IMG/VR virus record: IMGVR_UViG_3300025930_000007
Coordinates: 186,001 to 250,000 of that record
Length of the DNA stretch: 64,000 nt
Reading direction: 5' to 3' (one strand)
Both the position numbers and the translations under genes were made by a program. Positions 58,964 through 64,000 of the stretch are shown here, one piece after another. The notes under the pieces are model-generated. The model saw nothing but the letters and a program-made list of their open reading frames with translations. It ran no database searches and was not told the origin of the DNA. The number at the start of each line of letters is the position of its first letter. Position 1 is the first letter of the stretch.

Positions 58964-59182
58964 CTACTTGAACAGCGCGAAGCTGAGACCGGCGATCGCC
59001 GCTACCGTGGCCGTCGCTAGAAGGGTCCGGGTGAGGTCGTTCTTCCCCTCGTTGACCCACCTGGGCTGTGGGCCTACCGGCACTTCGGCAACTGGAGCCG
59101 GAGCTGGAGCTGGAGTCGGCGCCGGACTTGATTGTCCAAGGCGCGGCGCGCGGACGTTGGAGACCAGATATCGAACGCGCAT
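58964..59182 (-). CDS. small tail-anchored protein with PRLGQ motif, probably leaderless
   Basis: PA repeats, C-terminal TM; TATGAT 6 nt before ATG. Confidence 0.75.
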   Translation of the reverse strand: MRVRYLVSNVRAPRLGQSSPAPTPAPAPAPVAEVPVGPQPRWVNEGKNDLTRTLLATATVAAIAGLSFALFK

Positions 59183-59212
59183 GCCTTCATCATACTCGAA
59201 TCATCCGGAAGA

Positions 59213-60205
59213 TCAAGCCTGACCGACGATAGACCTCCAGTCCTGAACCAGATGGGAAAGGATCACGTCGTCTCGAAAACAGGACGCCCGCTGCATGGCC
59301 GTCTCCGAGATCAGGTTCCAGTTGCTGTCATTCCAGCTTGCTGTTTCCTGAATCAACTTGGCGGCCTCTTCGGGATTCTTGTAGAAGGCTCCAGCTTCGC
59401 TGATGTAGGACCTGGCTGCCGGCACATCGAGAGCCAGGACATAGGATCCCGTCGCCATCGCCTCCACGATAGAGATCGGCATTCCAAAGGCATGGCCTTT
59501 GGGGTCATGGGTATCGAGATAGATGCCCGCGCGCCGATTGATATCGGACGCGACCTGAGGATGAAGATCGATCAAGATCTGCACACGATCCTTGACGTAC
59601 CCGTTCAGCCTGTTGAGCTGATCTAGGAACTCATCGCCACCACCAGCCCTTGAGATCCCCAGGATGAAGCGGAATTCGGGACAGCGATTGGCGACCGCGA
59701 GCACATCCTCAAGACCTTTCGTAGGAAGGCCTGCAGCGAGACGCACCACCAGCTTACGGTCCTTGCAGACTGCCGGCGGGTGAAGCTGAGGATCGTATGC
59801 CACGGGAAGCGGGAAGGCCTTGGCATGCCCACCCATCGCTGCCACGAAATGAGGGAAAAGATACAGTCTCTTGACCGAAGCCTGTTCCCCAAGTTCCCGG
59901 GCAAGGCTCGGATTCCAGTCGAAGGAATGACCGCGGATCGTAACCGGAATGCCCGGCGGGATCTCATGCAGATGACGTTTGGCGACCACCAGATAGTGGA
60001 TATGAACAAGGTCAGGACCGACCGCAGCAATCGTTTCAGCCAGGCTTCCGCGATGGACCATGCATTGTGGAGCAAGATCCGGATGATAGTTCGTCTGCGA
60101 CCAGACATGAACCTCGACTCCGCATCGTTGGGCGAAGGCGATCTCCGTCGCGATGTAGGTCTCAGAGATCTGAGGGTAATTCCAGAGTAGATACAGAACT
60201 CTCAT
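59213..60205 (-). CDS. GT-B (GT4-like) glycosyltransferase
   Basis: YPQISETYI..EI, KGL, FGMPISIVEAMATG. Confidence 0.8.
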   Translation of the reverse strand: MRVLYLLWNYPQISETYIATEIAFAQRCGVEVHVWSQTNYHPDLAPQCMVHRGSLAETIAAVGPDLVHIHYLVVAKRHLHEIPPGIPVTIRGHSFDWNPSLARELGEQASVKRLYLFPHFVAAMGGHAKAFPLPVAYDPQLHPPAVCKDRKLVVRLAAGLPTKGLEDVLAVANRCPEFRFILGISRAGGGDEFLDQLNRLNGYVKDRVQILIDLHPQVASDINRRAGIYLDTHDPKGHAFGMPISIVEAMATGSYVLALDVPAARSYISEAGAFYKNPEEAAKLIQETASWNDSNWNLISETAMQRASCFRDDVILSHLVQDWRSIVGQA

Positions 60206-60803
60206 CGGGTTTCCCATTCGCTTTAAAGAGGATCGAAATTATCTCGTCACGCCAGATGAACGGGTTGTAGTCCGGAAAGTAGAAGTCGGCAGTGCTTCTG
60301 ATAAAATCGTAATCCCCCTCGTATCGGTCCGAAAAACGGCCAAGCTTGCTCTTGATATTGGGCACCGCGACCATCTGACTGCTCACGTTCCCAATGCGAA
60401 GCTGATGGTCTTGCCAGAGAATGCCTTTGCCATGAATCATCCGGAACATGAAGGGATATCCCGGTTTCTCTCGGATCGCGGACTTGATGGACTTGAATGC
60501 TCCCGGAAGGTATTGGTCATCGTCGTCCATGAAGGTGATGTAGGCCTTCTTAGCCAGGTCGATGCCGAAGTTTCGAGCCCTGGCGCCCCAATCGTGGTGA
60601 GGGCCACCGGGAATTTCGAAGTAGCCATATTGAATTCCGTACTGCTGGACGAGTTTTTTTGTTTCTGGATAGGCTCCGTCACCGACGACGAACACCTGGT
60701 CGAACATTTCAAGCTGAGGGACGATCGAATCGAGAGTATCCTTGACCGATGAGCGACCGATCGTAGGAATGATGATCGTCAGGGCGTCATCGATCTCTGT
60801 CAT
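60162..60803 (-). CDS. GT2 glycosyltransferase
   Basis: TIIIPTIGR, ARNFG, YITFMDDDD. Confidence 0.85.
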   Translation of the reverse strand: MTEIDDALTIIIPTIGRSSVKDTLDSIVPQLEMFDQVFVVGDGAYPETKKLVQQYGIQYGYFEIPGGPHHDWGARARNFGIDLAKKAYITFMDDDDQYLPGAFKSIKSAIREKPGYPFMFRMIHGKGILWQDHQLRIGNVSSQMVAVPNIKSKLGRFSDRYEGDYDFIRSTADFYFPDYNPFIWRDEIISILFKANGKPDESSVSTLELPSDL

Positions 60804-61414
60804 GCCTGGATTCCATGCTTCAACCGGATCGCCTCGAGAGACTCTTCGAAAGGCACCGAGGCGGAGATCCCGATATCGAAATGATGGAGCTCAAAGAGAG
60901 TCTTCGGAATGTAAACCCCCCGATGGCCCATGCTCGCGAGCGTCAACCACAGGTCCCAATCCTGGAACCTCTTGATGGTCGAATCGAAGCCCACGAAGGC
61001 TTCCCTTCTCATGAGGCTCATCGTTTCCACGTAATTCCCACGCTTGAGTGATTCTATATTCCAAGGCATGGCCTTGCGAATGCCGTTTCCATTGGGGTAG
61101 GGAATGCCCTGATACATGACGTGGCGCGCATCGGAATATGCGAACGTGGAATCCGGATTCGCTTCAAGGGCTCTCAGCATTTCGATCAACGCAAATTCAT
61201 ATAGGTAGGAATCATCGTCCACGAACATCAAATAGGGTTGCGTGGCCTTCGTCGCGCCGACATTCCTCTTCTCGCAAGCGCCTCCATCCCAATCTTCGAT
61301 GATGATCTCTAGTGGATTGTTGTCGATAACCTGGGGGAGGCAATTCTGAAGGAACCAGCTTTCCCTGTCCTTCCGATGAGGGATCACTACGCTGATTGGC
61401 AGCGGAGCAAACAC
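60800..61414 (-). CDS. GT2 glycosyltransferase
   Basis: SVVIP, KRNVG, FVDDD, FQDWDLWL. Confidence 0.85.
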   Translation of the reverse strand: MFAPLPISVVIPHRKDRESWFLQNCLPQVIDNNPLEIIIEDWDGGACEKRNVGATKATQPYLMFVDDDSYLYEFALIEMLRALEANPDSTFAYSDARHVMYQGIPYPNGNGIRKAMPWNIESLKRGNYVETMSLMRREAFVGFDSTIKRFQDWDLWLTLASMGHRGVYIPKTLFELHHFDIGISASVPFEESLEAIRLKHGIQA

Positions 61415-61433
61415 ACCCTCTCTCCCCAGCAGA

Positions 61434-62210
61434 CTACTTATCGAGCACTACCATGACCGTGTTCACGCCCGTGCCGCTCTCTTCAAAGCTTCCCTCAGGA
61501 AGAGGCTCAATATGGCCGTGCTCCGCCACCAGATTCTGAAAGGCTACAGCTTTCTTATTGGTCCTATAGTCAGTCCCACCGGACATGATGGCGACCAGGC
61601 GTCCACCTGGCTTCAAGAACTTCCAGGCATGAAGGACATGGTCGATGTCCTGCTGTTTTGAGAATGGAGGATTCATCAGGATGCGGTCGTAGAGTGGCTT
61701 CTTCTTCCGATACTTCATGAAGTCCTTGCCGACGAGCTTGTAGCCTTTCTCCTTGAGGACTTGGCGATTGGATGGCTCGATCTCGATCACGTGGATGGAC
61801 GAGATCGGCACATGCGCCCGGATCACGTCCGCAATGGCACCGTGCCCTGCGGAGGGCTCAAGGACCAAGGAGTCCATGTTGGAGACGTGATCCCCGAAGA
61901 TCACCGCCCGATCCATCATGAGATTCGCCACCGCATCGGGCGTCTCAAAGAATTCGAAGGTCTTCTTGACGTCGACGGCTTCGCCGGCCTGCATCGCCTC
62001 CGCGATCTTCTCGCTGGGATCTCCAGGGAAGACATGGCCGCGGGCGCTGCGGTTCCATTTACCTCCCAAGACCTCGAGCGCTTTGTTCAGGCGAACGTAG
62101 GTATCCCGATCAAGCTGTTGAGTGATGTAGGCGACATTGCCCTCGATCCTCAGGTTCATGAGCAGGTTCTTGATATCGTCATCGATGTGGACGACTTTCT
62201 TTTTGATCAT
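61434..62210 (-). CDS. N6-adenine DNA methyltransferase-like protein
   Basis: FFETP, VLEPSAGHG, MNPPFS. Confidence 0.85.
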   Translation of the reverse strand: MIKKKVVHIDDDIKNLLMNLRIEGNVAYITQQLDRDTYVRLNKALEVLGGKWNRSARGHVFPGDPSEKIAEAMQAGEAVDVKKTFEFFETPDAVANLMMDRAVIFGDHVSNMDSLVLEPSAGHGAIADVIRAHVPISSIHVIEIEPSNRQVLKEKGYKLVGKDFMKYRKKKPLYDRILMNPPFSKQQDIDHVLHAWKFLKPGGRLVAIMSGGTDYRTNKKAVAFQNLVAEHGHIEPLPEGSFEESGTGVNTVMVVLDK

Positions 62211-62410
62211 GCAATCCTCAGATGACTCTCTTGAGACCCCCGGTTCGATGACGCACCACCGTCCCATCTCTCGGACGTTGCTGGGTCGGCCTCCAGGCTT
62301 TGAATTTATTCACGTAGGCCGGGACCACCTCAGCATGCCCGTTGTCCCATCGCGACCAGTAGTAATAGCATCTGAGCCAGGGATCCCAGTGCTTGGTATT
62401 CTCGTGCATC

Positions 62411-63109
62411 CTAGGCCTTTACGGCATCCTTCCAAGCCTTTTCCGTAAGAGGAAGCGCCGTGGCCCCATGCGATGCGGCGATCTGATGGAAGAGGCCGAA
62501 GATCTGCTGATGAGCGACTTCCTTCTGCTCCTCGGGAACCTTGATTGTCAGGGCATCTGGGATGATCGTGACGAGAGCCCGGTCCGTCTGGGAAGTCCGG
62601 CAACTCAGGCACATGTTCTCGTTCTTCTTCCCGAACTCAGCCATCTTCCGCATGAACTGGAAGGTATTGCGGAATCCCTCGGAGAGGGCATTCACGCATT
62701 CCACGCAAGCCCCATCCTTGTCCAGAGGACAGGTGCATTTTGGCGCTTCGACCGTCTCAGGAGCCTTGGTCGGCTGTGCCTGCATTTCCTGCCGCTGTTT
62801 GGCCAGCTTGTTGGGAGCATCCTTGATGTGGACTTCGAAACGGAGAAGAGCATCAGCTCCGAGCTTGCGCGTCGTGGCGCCGGACAACGCCAGCGTCTTC
62901 TTGAGCCACGCTTCCGAGGCTTCCTTGCCCATGGCCTCTCTGAAGTTGGCATATGCGGATGCCAGGAGGGTCGAGATGGCCGTTTCAGCAAACTGGACGA
63001 TCTCCGGCATGGTGTAGGGACGTCCGAGCTGCTCGGTCAGGAACTGATCACAGATCGCAACGTATTGCTCCCCGATCTGCGTAACTACCCGCAGGTCCGC
63101 TTCGGCCAT
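62411..63109 (-). CDS. hypothetical protein with Cys cluster
   Basis: 232 aa, GGAG RBS. Confidence 0.7.
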   Translation of the reverse strand: MAEADLRVVTQIGEQYVAICDQFLTEQLGRPYTMPEIVQFAETAISTLLASAYANFREAMGKEASEAWLKKTLALSGATTRKLGADALLRFEVHIKDAPNKLAKQRQEMQAQPTKAPETVEAPKCTCPLDKDGACVECVNALSEGFRNTFQFMRKMAEFGKKNENMCLSCRTSQTDRALVTIIPDALTIKVPEEQKEVAHQQIFGLFHQIAASHGATALPLTEKAWKDAVKA

Positions 63110-63561
63110 GTTCTATCTCCTTCCATTTCAAACCCCATCTCGCCCAGTGTTATCAATTCCTGAAATCCCTGTTCACCAAAGAACGCCCTCGCTCTCTCGG
63201 TGAGGGATTTCAGAATTTCATACTCTCGCTCGATATCTTCGATGTCCTGCGTCATGTCCATCATCTCGCGAGCGAAATCGTTGAACTCTGGGGCTCTGAG
63301 ATAGAGGTTCATGTCGTAGACCAGCATTTCCAGACTACCTTCGATGGTCGGCCATGTCCGGACGCCGGCCCCTTGGGTATACGGCATCTTGAGAACTACT
63401 CCAGGCCGGTTCAACGTCAGGATGAAGAACTTCTGCCCTGGATGATCTCTTTTACGGCAGATCATCTCAGGATAGACCTCGAGGTAATGGAAGGAGACGT
63501 CGTATTTTCGAATGAACCGTCCTAGCGTCCCTGGAATGAAGGTGATCTTTCTATGCTTCAC
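63085..63561 (-). CDS. hypothetical protein
   Basis: 158 aa coupled ORF. Confidence 0.6.
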   Translation of the reverse strand: MKHRKITFIPGTLGRFIRKYDVSFHYLEVYPEMICRKRDHPGQKFFILTLNRPGVVLKMPYTQGAGVRTWPTIEGSLEMLVYDMNLYLRAPEFNDFAREMMDMTQDIEDIEREYEILKSLTERARAFFGEQGFQELITLGEMGFEMEGDRTWPKRTCG

Positions 63562-64000
63562 GGCCTAACTCCTTGAGAGTAGGCCATGATAGATCACGAG
63601 GGGCTACGTTGACCAGAGGAAGAGGCCAGTCGATGGCGCCGACCGGGCTTATTCCACGCTCCTGGGCAGGCTTGTAATCGTTGTCCACCAGATAAAGCAG
63701 ACTGGCGCCGTCGTCGAGCGCCTGGCACCCATGGGCAACGCCTCTTGGGATGAAAAGAGCATTCGCCTGAGGGTAGAGAATGACGCCATAGGATTCGCCG
63801 TAGGTCGGGCTATCGGGCCGAACGTCCACGATCGCGTCGTAGATACGCCAAGCGACCGCCATCACGATCTTGCCCTGGGCCCATGGATCCGCCTGCCAAT
63901 GCATTCCTCGCACGGTTCCGGACTTCTCGTTCCGGACCATGTTGACCCGGCGGATATCGAACTCGATGCCCTGAGCGGCGAGCTTCTCCCGAACGAAAGC
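63551..64000 (-). CDS. rmlC: dTDP-4-dehydrorhamnose 3,5-epimerase, 5' end beyond window
   Basis: GTVRGMHWQ, QGK, DVRPDSPTYG, IPRGVAHG, IDWP; frame open to 64000. Confidence 0.88.
   Translation of the reverse strand, partial: AFVREKLAAQGIEFDIRRVNMVRNEKSGTVRGMHWQADPWAQGKIVMAVAWRIYDAIVDVRPDSPTYGESYGVILYPQANALFIPRGVAHGCQALDDGASLLYLVDNDYKPAQERGISPVGAIDWPLPLVNVAPRDLSWPTLKELGREA

Noticed and set aside
1-64000. Stop-codon reassignment, tRNA genes, CRISPR array
   Set aside because: Recognisable enzymes are full length in code 11 and end in TAG, TGA or TAA; no cloverleaf or repeat-spacer array seen by eye.

Overview
A 64 kb segment of a very large, GC-rich, gene-dense virus genome, most likely infecting a bacterium. 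It uses the standard code, has sigma70-type promoters and is mostly minus-strand with coupled stop/start overlaps. No capsid, terminase, tail, rRNA, tRNA or CRISPR is visible, so the virus class cannot be fixed. Two gene populations interleave. (1) Long operons of short accessory ORFs and enzymes: two RNA ligases, Thg1, nucleotidyltransferase, MazG-like, EXD2-like HNH, RuvC-like, Clp-N and Tat-signal proteins. Several of these operons sit behind promoters carrying a GGT(A/T)(A/T)ACC box. (2) Basic, Pro/Cys-rich, membrane-anchored or multi-module proteins punctuated by a recurrent [L/M]-G motif, often [LM]xG-x(1-3)-[LM]G[QAR], at module boundaries. The clearest case is a minimal PolX bracketed by two copies of MGAEMLIE[M/L]G. 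About 11 promoter-proximal hairpins with C-rich loops precede mainly this second class, and one has no ORF after it. My main hypothesis (inference) is a virion polyprotein/maturation-protease system coupled to an RNA-leader regulon. Also present: APS kinase, TylF methyltransferase, three glycosyltransferases, RmlC, a TGT/DpdA-like protein, ATP-dependent ligase, Nudix, ASCH and a DNA methyltransferase. All family calls are from motif recognition by eye, not database searches.
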